Assembly: GCA_951406725.2 (NCBI GenBank)
Contig: OX597822.1
Span: 33,728,001-33,792,000 of the forward strand
DNA from: Octopus vulgaris
Lineage: Eukaryota
Length of the DNA: 64,000 nucleotides
Reading direction: 5' to 3'
The notes under the pieces were generated by a model. It was not told where the DNA came from, made no database searches, and saw nothing but the letters and a program-made list of their open reading frames with translations. Position 1 is the first letter of the stretch. The number at the start of each line of letters is the position of its first letter. Below, piece by piece: positions 25,227 to 38,989 of this stretch. The position numbers were made by a program, and so were the translations under genes.

Positions 25227-26550
25227 ATTAAGAGTTCGTATCGAATGATTTAGAAAGTGAAACCATATAAAATGGCACAAATTCAACAACTTCAAATGGT
25301 TAAGCTTTCCTCGTAAAACAAAGTATATATACAAACACACGTAGTGTATTATATGTACTAACAGCGCCCAAAGGCCAATAATAAAACCTCCTTATCGTGC
25401 AGTGTGATTTCATCTGTTGTTTTTAAGTCATAGCAAAGGTCAAAAGCTTGTTAGGCATTTCATCGATTTTAGCTGAAACTAAACTATTCATAAGCATCAA
25501 ATATTTATATCAATTACGGTAGGATAACATGGCGGTGAAATTTTATTTCGTAGAAAATAATTCAAGATTCTTTCCGGTAATGTGGGACTTCCGTATTTAG
25601 CAATAAGCTTTGAAATTGTAAATGATGCACTAAGCAGCCATTTCTCCGCATTGAAAAGTCACAGCTCCGGTAAAACTGACACGTGATTAGAATATCGCAT
25701 GAAGGAATCGCAAGATGGATTTTTATAATCAATCCAACTAACGCGAGACCTAAACGTAGAACATGGTATTTGGATGGATGATATCCATAGTTTCAGTTAG
25801 TCACACTTGATAAACCAACCGTAAAGTGTAATCACAGTAGCTTCCGATAGGACCCTATGGAGGAGGTGTCTGAGAATTTTACTCCCACGGCCTTCCAGGA
25901 GAAGACAGATGGACGGATGGATTCTTGTCCTAAACATCTCTTGTACCAACCTTTCCGAATTTAGTTTTTAAATCTCGAAGTTACTTTGTATTCTTATTGA
26001 CGTTAAGTCTTTGATTATTCTCAAAGATTTTATTCCTTCATTAGTAAACATTTCGCAAATTGCACACAGGTAATTCTTGGCGAAAGATTCACGAAATGAC
26101 ACCATTAATTAACAGAATATTATCGATATTTTCTTCTTTCATTAGTCATTTCTACGCGTTAAAAATGAAGAGTAACTGAAAAATATCGAAAATGTAATAT
26201 TTCGTATTTATTTACAGAAAAATAAATGACTTTTTTAACAGTCAAAATAGTATTAATAGGAAAGAATAATTTTTAAAAAGAGTAGCAAATAAAGTTGAAG
26301 CAATAAAACAAAACATTAATATGTTTTGCTTCCAATTTAATAAATATTATTAATTCAAAACATGGGTTAGATTAAAATTAAACAAATCGTAAACATTAGA
26401 TCTTGACACATCATCAATCATATTTTCAGCTCTCTGGTAACACAACGTCCAGTTCACATACTGTTTTTTCTTTCTTTTTTTTTTTTTTTTGAAATATGTT
26501 TTAACATATAAGTATTGCACCTGGTTTAAATATTTTATTTCATCATAAAT

Positions 26551-26718
26551 AAGCAGAGGTGTGGCTGTGTGGTAAGAAGCTTGTTACCCAATCAGAAGGT
26601 TCCGGGTTCAGTCTCACTGAGAGGAACCTTGAGAAAAGTGTCTTCTACTATCGCCTTGGGCTAGGCTAACCAGTGGATTTGTTAGACGGAAGCTGAAAGA
26701 AGCTCACGGCATTTATGC

Positions 26719-26771
<53 letters not shown>

Positions 26772-26990
26772 CGTGTCATTGTTTCTGTGTTTGTCCCCAT
26801 CACCGCTTGACAACCGGTGTTGGTGTGTTTATGTCCCCGTTACTTAACAGTTCAACAAAAGGGACCGATAAAATAAGTACCTGGCTTTAGAAAAAATAAA
26901 CCACGGGGTCGATTTATGTAACTAAAATTTCTTCAAGACGGTGCCCCAGCATGGCCGCAGTCTAATGACTGAAACAAGTAAAAAATAAAA
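26551..26990 (+). mobile_element. SINE family A, diverged, internal (TG)n
   Basis: Head, CORE-like and tail segments recognisable. Confidence 0.75.
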
Positions 26991-27202
26991 AATATTAAAG
27001 AAGGAAGCATGAAATCTCTAAACGCCCAGCACTCAATTTCCTTGTAAAATCCGAGTTGAAGTGCTGCTACCCAGATTAAGGACCAATGTCGTAGACAAAC
27101 CTACCAGTTTATCAGAAGGAGAATTGTCTTTCAAGAGACAGAAGAATCTTTCTAATAAATATGCAAACAAAAGAACAAACAGATAAATAAATAAATAATC
27201 CA

Positions 27203-28231
27203 TTCTACGACAGGCATAAGGCCTGAAAATTTGGGGAAAGGGGTTAATCAGTTACATCGACCCCATCTTTGACTTGTTATTTTTTTTGTTATCTGCGGTT
27301 TTTGAACTCAGAATGTAAAGATCCGGAAGAAATACCTATTTCTTTACTACCCACAAGGGGCCAAACAAGGCCAAACAGAGGGGACAAACAAGGACAGACA
27401 AACGGACTAAGTCGATTACATCGACCCCAGTGCGTAACTGGTACTTACTTGATCGACCCCGAAAGGATGAAAGGCAAAGTCGACCTCGGCGGAATTTGAA
27501 CTCAGAACGTAACTGCAGACGAAATACTGGAAAGCATTTCGCCCGGCACGCTAACGTTTCTGCAATCACGCCGGAAGAAATACCGCAATGCATTTTGTAC
27601 GGCACGGTAACGATTTTGCCAGCTCGGTAGCTTAATCATCCATTCTACTAAAGGCAAAAGCCTGTCATTTTGGGGCTAAGGGCTAGTCGATTACATCAAC
27701 CCAAGTTCTCAACTAGTATTTATTTTAAGGCGGCGAGCTGGCAGAAAATTTAGCACGCCGGGAGAAATGCTTAGCAGTATTTCGTCTGCCGCTACGTTCT
27801 GAGTTCAAATTCTGCCGAGGTCGACTTTGCTTTCATTCTTTCGGGGTCGATAAATTAAGTACCAGTTGCCTACTGGGGTCAGTCTAATTTACTGGCCCTC
27901 TCCCGCCAAAAATTCGAGCCTTGTGCCTAGAGTAGAAAAGAATAACAGTGGGAGAAAAGACTTTCATCCTTTCGGGGTCGATTAAATGAGTACCAGTTAC
28001 GCACTGGGGTCGATATAATCGACTTAATCCGCTTGTCAGTCTTTGTTTGTCCTCTCTGTGTTTAGCCCCTTGTGTGTAGTAAAGAAATAGGTATGTATTT
28101 TATCGACACTGAAAGGATGAACGACAAAGTCGACCTTGGCTGAATTTGAACTCAGAACGTAAAGCGTTGTAAGAAATACCGCAATGTATATTTTTTTTTT
28201 ACGGCGTTCTAACGATTCTGCCAGTTCGCCA
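27203..28231. mobile_element. Cluster of SINE family B copies in both orientations
   Basis: Repeated GAGTTCAAATTCCGCCGAGGTCGACTTTGCCTTTCATCCTTTCGGGGTCGAT...AAGTACCAG units. Confidence 0.8.
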
Positions 28232-29084
28232 ATAAAAATGATAAGACGTTGGATATATTGGAAAACGGACAAACACATCACAATCTGTTACAGATGCAAG
28301 TCAGAATCCCTGTGTTGTTTTCTTTGTGTTTGAGAAAATGTCAAAAATATACAGACATGCCTTGCGGACAGATATATTTACATTGGATTCAAGGTATTTT
28401 CAAAACATTAAAATGAATATTTCTTCCCACTCAACCGACCAATGAATGAAAGATGGTTCAGAAGAGTGACGAGGAAGTGAGGAAGTGCTCTTGGCATATT
28501 TCATACTTCAAAGAGAAAAAAATAGCTTTTTGCTTTTGTTGTTTGATATTTTCACTAAGTTCTTTGGAACTTTGGAACAAGAAAATGGATTCGATTATAG
28601 GAAAGCACCCCTGAAAGTTTCGCATCCATGAAAAAAGTCAGACACATATCGATATTGCTTCACCTTAGGGAAAAAAAGAAAAAGAAAAATTTTAGAAAAT
28701 GGCGGCATCATAAGCAGAGAGCTTCAAGGTTCAGCTGCATCAGAAACATAAATAGCAAGATATTCCCACACATAATTCTCCATTGTTACGAAACATTTTG
28801 CCACAACCGTCGTTGATTCGATGCTGACTTATTTGACAATAGATGTGTTAACGTTTCTCTTGCACTTTCCCTTGCTTCTCTCTCTCTCTCCCTCTTCAAG
28901 TGTGTGAGCATATTTTTCTTTATGCATATGAGGAGAGGGATAGTGTATGTGTAAATTGTGTTCACTGGTAGTTCCATAAACAGGAAGAAGAAGGAAATCT
29001 GGGTGTATTTCTAAGATTGCAAAGAGCAAACCTTGTTCCCGTGAAGAAAGAACCTCTCTGTAATGTGGGAAAGAAACCCAGAAA

Positions 29085-29500
29085 TATGCGCAGTCATGGT
29101 TGTATTAAGACACTAGCTTTGCAAATACGCGGTTTCGGGTACAGTTCTACTGGGTGGCACTTTGGGGCAAATGTTTTCTACAGTAGTCCCGGGCCGCCTA
29201 ATGCCTTGTAAGTAGATTTGGTTGAAGGAAACTGTTCGGAAACCCGAAACATGTGTGCGCGCGCGTGTGTGTGTGCGTGCGTGCGTGTGTTTTGTGCTTG
29301 TGTATCTCACTCTTCCCCGGTTGACAACCATTGTTATTCTGTTTACGTCTTCATAACCTAGCAGTTCAGCAAAAGAAACCGATAGAATAAGTGCCAGGTT
29401 TTAAAATAAGTACTATGATCGATTTGTGCGACTAAACCCATCAAGGCTGTGCAGCAGCATGGCCGCAGTCCAGTGACTGAAACAAGTAAACGATTAGAGA
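29085..29500 (+). mobile_element. SINE family A, diverged
   Basis: Degenerate head and conserved tail CAGCATGGCCGCAGTC...GAAACAAGTAAA. Confidence 0.7.
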
Positions 29501-29946
29501 TATTTATCTTCGCTTGAGCCGAATTAATGTATTCGGCTAATGGCCTCTATCTTTGTTAGAATTCGTAACATAGCATTCGTAAAGTCAAGTGTTTTTTCGC
29601 CTCTTGCTTGATTCAATTCCAGATAAAATAAATTGCTTGTAAATGACAGAAACAGTTCGGGATGTTCGACATTGATTAAAAGAAAACATTATATATACTC
29701 TTTACTCTTTTACTTGTTTTAGTCATTTGACTGCGGCCATGCTGAAACACAGCCTTTAGTCGAGCAAATCAAACCCAGGACTTATTCTTTGTAAGCCTAG
29801 TACTTATTCTATCGGCCTCTTTTGCTGAACCGCTAAGTTACGGGGAGGTAAACACACCAGCATCGGCTCTCAAGCGATGTTGGAGGGACAAACATAGACA
29901 CGCAAACATATATACACACATATACATACATACATACATACATACA

Positions 29947-30018
<72 letters not shown>

Positions 30019-30182
30019 AATATGTATATATATATATACACGACGGGCTTTTTTCAGTTTCCGTCTACCAAATCCATTCACAAGGCTTTGGTCGGCCCAA
30101 GGCTATAGTAGAAGTAGTTGAAGACTCTTGTCCAAGGTGCCACGTAGTGGGACTGAACCTGGAACCATGTGGTTGGTAAGGA

Positions 30183-30238
<56 letters not shown>

Positions 30239-30640
30239 TTAGAGACAAAACCACTATTATGCAAATCAAACAAAGAAAGACTTAATCCAATACATAAAAA
30301 ATTTTATATAAATTAAATAAAATTAAGTTATCCACTACAATTGTTTCTTGTCACTTCTAAGGATATTCATCCCGAACTGTTTCTGTCATTTACAAGCAAT
30401 TTATTTTATCTGGAATTGAATCAAACAAGAGGCGAAAAAACATTGGACTTTACGAATGCTATGTTACGAATTCTAACAAAGATAGAGGCGATTAGCCGAA
30501 TACATTAATTCGGCACAAGCGAAGATAAATATCTCTAATCGTTTACTTGTTTCAGTCACTGGACTTTGGCCATACTGGTGTACACCCTTGATGGGTTTAG
30601 TCGCACAAATCGATCATAGTACTTATTTTAAAACCTGGCA
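29392..30640. repeat. ~273-bp inverted duplication (29392-29664 / 30368-30640)
   Basis: Near-identical reverse complement including SINE tail and unique flank. Confidence 0.92.
29697..30182 (-). mobile_element. SINE family A with internal (TACA)n(TA)n
   Basis: Reverse-complement copy, head truncated by (TA)n. Confidence 0.85.
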
Positions 30641-30829
30641 TATAATTAATATTATATAATATTTTACTATAAAATTGGATTCAATCCTAAATCTGATTTT
30701 TCCCTGTAAATTTGGATTTATTCCCTAATATTTATTATTATTATATATATATATATATATAAGTCTATTCTTGAATGATTAAGTAATCAATCGATTAGTT
30801 AGTAGGTTAAATAACTAACCAATTGACAA

Positions 30830-32340
30830 ATGTTTAAGAAGTGAATCTAAATCCGTGCTTTTACTTATTGTTGGTGCAATGATCCTCCCGAGATACACTA
30901 ATATCTGTTTCAAGACACGGGTTCCTGTCAAGAATCTTACAAACCGAATACAAAAACGAAATATCCCGTTTTTGAATTTATCTGATTTAGATAAAAGAAT
31001 AATGAAATTATGGCGGAAGTAATTTTTTGAGCCACTTGCAAAATACACAATGTTATTAGAAGATCGCCGGCCTCAGTGCTATGACAATGCTGTGGTGGTA
31101 ACTGGTTATAAGAATGGTGTTCAACAGAGAATTAAAGAAAGAAATTGCAAAGCTATTTTTGTAAACTGCGATAATCATTTTCTCAATTTCGTTGGAGCGC
31201 CTCCTACTACGATGATCTATATTGATAGCAACTTTTTTGCTAGAATTCTGTCATTTTATTTCTTCTTTTCCTGTTCAAGTCTTCTTTAGCAAAAGCTGGA
31301 AAATACCAGATCAATAGTTATCAAATCTAGATGAGGTTCCAGAACGGAGACTATGACGCCAGTTTATAGTTTTTTGTTCTGTTATATTACAGTAGAACTA
31401 TTACAAAACATGGTTGGAGAAAAAATTCAAACTGTTTTATATAAAAGATAATGCAAAGCAGGGGACTAAATCAGATTTTTAATTTCAGCTTTTAGTTTTG
31501 CATGGATCCTAGGGAATGAAAGTTCTTGTTCTGTTTGACCGTTTTCTAAATCGACTTCAAGATCTCACTATGAACTTTAATGATACAGTTTGTGTTTTTA
31601 AAAGAGTTTTTTCTTCTTTTTTTTTCACGATTATTTTTTAAGCAATCAAGAATCATTGATCGGGGAATCATATGAAGCTGGATTAAAGCTATGTGATGAA
31701 TGAGAAAGAAGAAACAAACTAGAATACAGCGAAAAGAAGAGATAAAGACAATACTGAAAGAAATTATCGAATATCTCTATAATGAAACTGAAGAAAAATT
31801 TGTCTGTTTCTATGACTCAGATACAAAATTTGAATATTTTGTTTTTTTATACACTAGAGGGTTAATTTTGGACTCAAATAAATGTAACAGTATTCATAAT
31901 GTATCGTATTTGGTAACGTATAAAGCGACATTTCCCCACCAGAAAATGTCTCAAAAACATCACCTCTTGAAGTTGAACTTATAATATTACATGCTTGTTT
32001 CCTGAATATACGCTACTGAAATTATGCTGCATCAAATATGCCCGTGCAGATTTTATGCTATTAAATATGGTAAACATCTTTAAAATGTCGCAGCCTTGGA
32101 CAGTTTTATAGCACTGATATAGACTGGACAGATTTGTGCTTTATGAAGAAATCTTGGAATTCTTCATAAAGAACAAAGATTGCTTCAGTTGCTTCTGAAA
32201 AGTCACCCAAACATTTGGATTTCTAAGATTGAACAACTTCTCAAGATTCTTGTGTGGTATGAAAATGATAATACTTTATCCAAATTAGCTATTTTGATTG
32301 TATACAACCAGTAGTCACTTGCGAGCGAAAATGGCTGGGT
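30830..32340 (+). pseudogene. Degenerate hAT transposase (ZMYM1/PRKRIR-like type)
   Basis: QCYDNAVVVTGYKNGVQQRIKERNCKAIFVNCDNHFLNFVG (CxxH motif); VTCER near 32315 resembles the hAT dimerisation domain. Confidence 0.65.
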
Positions 32341-32949
32341 AACGCACCATGCTTTCACTAATTGTTTCAAATATCTATGTAGTCGCTACAGACATAGATA
32401 CATCCACAGGCCTTTCACCGTTTGACACAGAGGAACATCCAAGATGTGAGAGGTGGAGAGGAAGAGATAGAAAGCGATAAACAGACAGAGTGAGTAACAG
32501 TTACAGACAATTTGACTGGCTTTCGAACAGTTTCCTGACTTTATCAGAAAAATTAATGGAATTATGTGGTATTTATGCTTATACTAAGAGTTATTAATGT
32601 AAAATACTTTAAAACGAAGGCTTTTATATGAATTGTTGTTTCTGTTGTCGGTGGTTAGTCCTAGGTCAGACCTTTTCGAATTCATCTATGATCTTAATGA
32701 TGTCGACTGTGATCATTCCGGCTGTGATCATTCCGATTAGTTATTAAATTCTAAGAATAGCATATTTACAACTACACTTCCCAATGTCTCCTATTTTTTA
32801 AGATAGTATACTGTGTTATGAAGTAGACATGGCTATTACTTTTATGAGATCGAGCGCCAACGTAAAGGTTTTCTCATAGGTTTGTCAAAGAGTTCATTTT
32901 AGTTGTATTCATTTACGTCTACTTAGCAATAACAGTGGGAGAGAAAGAC

Positions 32950-33515
32950 AGCGAGCTGGCAGAGACGTTAGCACGCCGGGCGAAATGCTTAGCAGTAATT
33001 CGTCTGCGGCTACGTTCTGAGTTCAAATTCCGCCGAGATCGACTTTGCCTTTCATCCTTTCGAGGTCGATAAATTAAATACCAGTTACGCACTGGAGTCG
33101 ATGTAATCGATATAATACCTTTGTCTGTCCTTGTTTATCCTCTCTGTGTTTAGCCCCTTGTGGGTAGTAAAGAAATAGGTATTTCATCTGTCTTTACGTT
33201 CTTAGTTCAAATTCCACCGAGGTCGACTTTGCATTTCATCCTTTCGGGGTCGATTAAATAAGTACCAGTTACGCACTGGAGTCGATATAATCGACTTAAT
33301 CCGTTTGTCTGTCCTTGTTTGTCCCCTATGTGTGTAGTAAAGAAATAGGTATTTCGTCCGCCGTTACGTTGTGAGTTCAAATTCCGCCGAGGTCGACTTT
33401 GCCTTTCATCCTTTCGTGATCGATAAATTAAGTAGCAGTTGCGCCTTGGGGTCAATCTAATCGACTGGCCTTTCCCGCCAAAATTTCAAGCCTTGTGCCT
33501 AGAGTAAAAAAGGAA
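32950..33515 (+). mobile_element. SINE family B trimer
   Basis: One head followed by three ~170-185-bp body units and the GCCTTGTGCCTAGAGTA tail. Confidence 0.82.
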
Positions 33516-34304
33516 TAACAGTGGGGGAGAAGCATCAATATAATTTACTATTTTTCTTTTTATAATCTTAGGTGAGTAACACAATCCATCTAGTGATATA
33601 ATGTACTTTAAAAAGGAAATAATAATTCACTGAGTCTAATTCAGGATCGGATTAAGGCCAGTTGTTGCTCTAGGCCCAGCCTCACAATGGCATCCTGCTC
33701 GATCCTTTCTTTGTCAAACTGACGAGACGTTAAGATATAATAAATACTCTAAATGTAAAATAATAGATTTAAAATATAGTTTTCTTTTAAAGTAAACCCC
33801 GGGCTAGACCTCACAACTGTAACAAAAATAACTGGTGTCATTTTTAATACTATTTAACCCTAAATAGTAGCAAACAGTGTCTATAAAATAATTCGCTTGT
33901 TCGTTCGCCCATTCTACTTTAGTTAGTTAGAAACGTTGGTATGGAGTGAGAGGTGGAGTAAAAGTGAGATAGAGAGGAGGGAAGGAATGTGAGTAGAGAA
34001 GAAAGAAGAGAGTAGTATAATAGTACACTAAGGCCAAATGCATCACGTGGTTAGTTGAAGAGAGAGGCGAAGAGCGAGAGAAAAAGACGGTGAGTGAAAA
34101 GTGGGAGAGAGAAGTGTTAATGACATGCTGTAGGGTGGGAGGGAAAAGTGACGAGAAATAGAAAAATGTTAAAGACATGAAGACGTTTAAAAAGTTTATT
34201 GAAGAGGTAGGGAGAAAGAGAGAAATATAAAGAAATTAGCAGAGGGGAATTTTAAAATCCTACAATATATTGTTGTGACTGGAAGTGAAATAACTTACCA
34301 AAAT

Positions 34305-34772
34305 ATGCGTAGGAGTGGCTGTGTGGTAAGTAGCTTGATTACCAACCACATGGTTCCAGGTTCAGTTCCACTGCGTGGCACCTTGAGCAAGTGTCTTCTA
34401 CTATAGCCTCGGGCCGACCAAAGCCTTGTGCGTGGATTTGGTAGACGGAAACTGAAAGAAGCCCGTCGTATATATGTATATATATATATATATCTTTCTT
34501 TCTTTCTTTTATATATATATAATATATGTATGTGTGTGTGTTTATGTTTGTGTGTCTGTGTTTGTCTCCCCACCAAACATCGCTTGACAACCGATGCTGG
34601 TGTGTTTACGTCCCCGTCCCGTACCTTAGCGGTTCGGCAAAAGAGACCGATAGAATAAGTACTAGGCTTTCAAAAGAATAAGTCCCCGGGTCGATTTGCT
34701 CGACTAAAAGCGGTGCTCCAGCATGGCCGCAGTCAAATGACTGAAACAAGTAAAAGAGTAAAAGAGAGTAAA
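34305..34772 (+). mobile_element. SINE family A
   Basis: Near-consensus copy. Confidence 0.88.
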
Positions 34773-35135
34773 ATAAAAATCATCCTTTTTTTCTTAAATG
34801 ACTTCTCTTAATCTTTTTCGCTCTGTGGAATTTCCACAGGTCCCGCTAGTATGTAAATTATTTACATAAAACTAGAGCAACAGAAAAAAAAATGTAAATT
34901 TTCCCACACTTTTTGTTCATTTGTTAAGAAATTTTAATTTATCATTTGAATCGTTGTAAATCCTGAACCAGAAGTAAAGCAAACTCTACGTGAGTGATAT
35001 CATCTCTTGATGTTCTAACCACGTTCTTAAATCGTTCAACGGTTAATCCGGTCCTCGTCGTTTCCAAGTATTTCTTTCTTCGGGAAGAAATGCCGGTGGC
35101 CTGGCTTTGGTTAGCATGGATTTTAGTTTGCTTAC

Positions 35136-35317
35136 TTGCTAGGAAGTGACCCACGCACTGTGGTCTTGAAGACAACCTCTGCGACATATGTGAAAGGCGA
35201 TGCGCAGAAACAGGGAACAAAACTGCTTGACCTGTGTCTTCATAATCAGTCTGTGTAGCATTGCCCTCCTTCTGGCATCTTTTAACAAGATGCTATCTTG
35301 ATACGTTATAACTAATT
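35136..35317 (-). other. Candidate spliced exon (non-repetitive island)
   Basis: Polypyrimidine acceptor TTTTACCCTCTTTCTCATGTTCCAG| and donor AA|GTAAGC; no recognisable protein. Confidence 0.3.
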
Positions 35318-35574
35318 CTGGAACATGAGAAAGAGGGTAAAAAAAAAATATCCTCGTACTTAACTGTGACTTTACGTATCGTTCTCGGAAGGATAATACA
35401 TCTAGCTTCGTTGAGATTTAAACGCAGAGCGCAAAGATCCAGAACGAACGTTGCAAGACAGTCTATCCGACGCTTTAAAGGCTCTGCCAGTTTGTTGCAT
35501 TTTGTGTGTGTGTGTCTGTATGTGTGTATGTGCGTGTGCGCGCGCGTGTGTAGATAGATAGATAGGTATGCATA

Positions 35575-35575
35575 C

Positions 35576-35670
<95 letters not shown>

Positions 35671-35707
35671 CCTATCTATCTATCTATCTAACTGCCTTTC
35701 TATCTAA

Positions 35708-35754
<47 letters not shown>

Positions 35755-35783
35755 CCTATCTATCTATCTATCTATCGATCTAC

Positions 35784-35820
<37 letters not shown>

Positions 35821-35838
35821 GATCTATCTATCTATCTA
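35575..35838. repeat. (CTAT)n microsatellite
   Basis: Direct reading. Confidence 0.95.
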
Positions 35839-36432
35839 TGCTTATATGTATATGTGTCTGCCTATGGTGTCTGAATGTGTACATGTGCGATTGGGCGTTT
35901 GCGTTTGTTTCTCCCCGCAACCTATTTTAATTTCAAATATTTTAACAATCGATATTAGAATGTTCCCGTCCCCTTATCTTAGGGGTTTAGCAAAAATGTA
36001 GATCGATAGATTAGTTACCAGATTTGGAAAAAAAAGTAGTAGGTCGACTTCAACGAGTAACTCTTTCAAGGTGATACCCCAGTTTGGCCGCAGTGAAATG
36101 ACTGAATCCAGTAAAAGATAAGAATATTTCTAGCTAGTTCAGGTTCTCTTGTTAACATAAAGGTGTCTGATATACAAGTGAATATCTGTTCCATCAATGA
36201 TGTAAAGATCGTTGATGATGTTACCTGACAGGATGATTCATCCTCAATGAAATATATCGTTAATCTTCTTACAGATCGATCGTATCTGTATATTTTCCCC
36301 TTTTACTACGCGGGCACCTTAGCAACCATTTCATAATTGCATTGGATAGAAAATCAAAACGAACAGGTGTCGCATTATTCAGATCTTTGGCCACTCGAAA
36401 TAAGCTTTTATTCATGTTATTATTAATTCGTG

Positions 36433-36735
36433 TAGAGGCACATGGCCTAGTGGTTAGAGCAGCAGACTCGCAGTCGAGTGATCGCGAGTTCGAATCTCAG
36501 ACGGAGTGATGTGTGCGTTTATGAGCGAAACACCTAAGCTCTACGTAGCTCCGGCAGAAGGTAATGGCGAACTTCTGCTGACTCTTTCGCCAAAACCTTC
36601 TCTCACTCTTTCCTCATGCATCTTGTAGCTCACCTGCGACGGACCGGCGTCCCGTCCAAGTGGGGAACCTATACACCAAGGAGACCGGGAAACCTACCCT
36701 TATGAGCCAGGCGTGGCACGAGAAGGCACAAACAT
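36433..36735 (+). mobile_element. tRNA-derived SINE, family C head with a different (V-domain-like) tail
   Basis: A box TGGCCTAGTGG, B box GTTCGAATC, tail CCTGCGACGGACCGGCGTCCCGTCCA. Confidence 0.7.
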
Positions 36736-36750
36736 TATTAATGCGTATCT

Positions 36751-37760
36751 AAGGCGACGAGCTGTCAGAAACGTTAGCACGCCGGGCGAAATGCGTAGCC
36801 GTATTTCGTCTGCCGTTACGTTCTGAGTTCAAATTCCGCCGGGGTCGACTTTGCCCCTTTCGGGGTCGATATATTAAGTAGCAGTTACGCACTGCAGTCG
36901 ATATAATCGACTTAATCCGTTTGTCTGTCCTTGTTTGTCCTATCTATGTTTAGCCCCTTGTGGGTAGTAAAGAAATAGGTATTTCGTCTGCCGCTACATA
37001 TATTAAGTACCAGTTACGCACTGGTGTTGATGTAATCGACTTAATCTGTTTTTCTGTCATTGTTTGTCCTTCTCTCTGTGTTTAGCCCCTTGTGGGTAGT
37101 AAAGAAATAGAAATAGGTATTTCGTTTGTCTTTACGTTCTGAGTTCAAATTCCGCCGAAGTCGACTTTGCCTTTCATCCTTTCGGAGTCTATAAATAAAG
37201 TACCACGAGATCGACTTTGCCTTTCATCCTTTCGGCGTTGATAAATTAAATACCGGTTGTGTACTGGAGTCGATCTAATAGACTGGCCCCCGGATCTTTT
37301 CGGTTTGAACGGCAGTTTTTTCTAGCGGTGTCATATGAAATTGTCATCCATAATTATGACCCTAGTATCGATCTATTGCATTTCAATCTGTTTTAGGGTT
37401 AGTTAGGGTTAGGGGTGGGGGGAAGGGTATCTTTTTTTCTTCAGAAATGTAAATAAACCCAATCTGTTTCTTAGACGAGGGACATATTCATACGGCACAG
37501 AATGTTTTCACCTAAATAGAGGTCATTGATTGGTTGAAATTGCAGAAATTGAAGAAAAAATACAACAAATATCTTACAAACTATAGAATTTTCTCAATAA
37601 AGCCAAAAGAAAAAGATGTTTTATAAACACATTCTACCAGTATACGAAGTTTAAAAGTGTTTAGTTACGTGGAAATTATTTTAAAAAACTGCCGTTCAAA
37701 CCGAAAAGATCCTGGCCCCACTTCCCCCAAATTTTGGGCCTTGCGCCTAGAGTAGAAAAG
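36751..37760 (+). mobile_element. SINE family B multimer interrupted by a MITE
   Basis: Repeated body units; tail resumes at 37713 after the MITE. Confidence 0.8.
37292..37712. mobile_element. MITE with ~28-bp TIRs and internal TTAGGG repeats (Merlin-like)
   Basis: GGATCTTTTCGGTTTGAACGGCAGTTTT ... AAAACTGCCGTTCAAACCGAAAAGATCC; TSD TGGCCCCC/TGGCCCCA. Confidence 0.9.
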
Positions 37761-38290
37761 AAAATATTTTAGCGTTTTTTGATTTTGGGACTAAACACAT
37801 TTATGTTCCTGGGTAACACTCCTTTTTGAGTTTGAGTAGTACACTATTGCATTCTAAATTACTTACTCTCATTATTCCAGATCACATAATTTTGTGCGAT
37901 CTTGCACCACACGTGATTCTGAATAACACGTTTGTGCTTCGGACTACGCACTAATGTCTTTCTGAACACATTTCATGCTACATATTCAGTGATTTGTGAA
38001 TATATTGATTGGATGGTTAATTGATTGAACAGGATAACCCTCCCTCTCTCTCGCAATGACTTCCGTTTACATTATTATCTCATTATTATTCCGGTGACCT
38101 GTTCACAAATCTTTATGCATCTATCTGTTTTTGTTGTTATTGCTTTTGTTGTGTTAATGACTAGTTGAAGTGATACGAAAGGCAACGAAGTAATTAGATA
38201 TTATTGCCAGGAGCAAGGCACCGGCAGACTCCTAAAATCTGGTTAGGCGGCGCGACACGATTTCTTTGTCTTTAACGTGGGATTACACGT

Positions 38291-38325
<35 letters not shown>

Positions 38326-38710
38326 TGGGGGAAATGCAATTGAATAAAACAGCCTCAAGACCTGATTAGTTTTGATATCTGTTTAATCGATATTGAATGG
38401 ATGTAAGACAAAAATTGACACTTTGTTGTTGAGAATAAATATAAAAGCACCAGGGAATGTTATTTAGATGTGTGACCTGCCTCGAGGTAAAGTTATGTCT
38501 TGTCTTGTCCACGCCATGAAACTTATGTTAAAGAAGTCGAGTGACTGCATAGAGACCTCGTTAGATTATTAAGTAGTTGAGATTATTAAGAATTGGCGAA
38601 AGAAAAGTTTACTAATCAGATTGTTGTCGCTGTTCTTTTGATAAAAGACATACAAACTTTGGTCATTTCGACTTCTTTTGTATATCTAACAACTACATCG
38701 TCCAATGTAT

Positions 38711-38922
38711 ACTCTTTTACTCTCTTTTACTTGTTTCAGTCATTTGACTGCGGCCATGCTGGAGCACCGCCTTTAATCGAGCAACTCGACCCCGGGACTT
38801 ATTCTTTGTAAGACCAGTACTTATTCTATCGGTCTCTTTTGCCGAACCGCTAAGTTACGGGGACGTAAACACACCAGCATCGGTTGTCACGCAATGCTAG
38901 GGGGACAAACACAGACACACAA

Positions 38923-38989
<67 letters not shown>

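Noticed and set aside
32950-33515. CRISPR-like or satellite array
   Set aside because: Units are ~180-bp SINE bodies without unique spacers; eukaryotic context, no cas genes
36433-36505. tRNA genes (also 42247-42320 and 1620-1695)
   Set aside because: A/B boxes are present but there is no complete cloverleaf or acceptor stem; the two full copies continue into SINE bodies and 1620-1695 is an isolated head fragment
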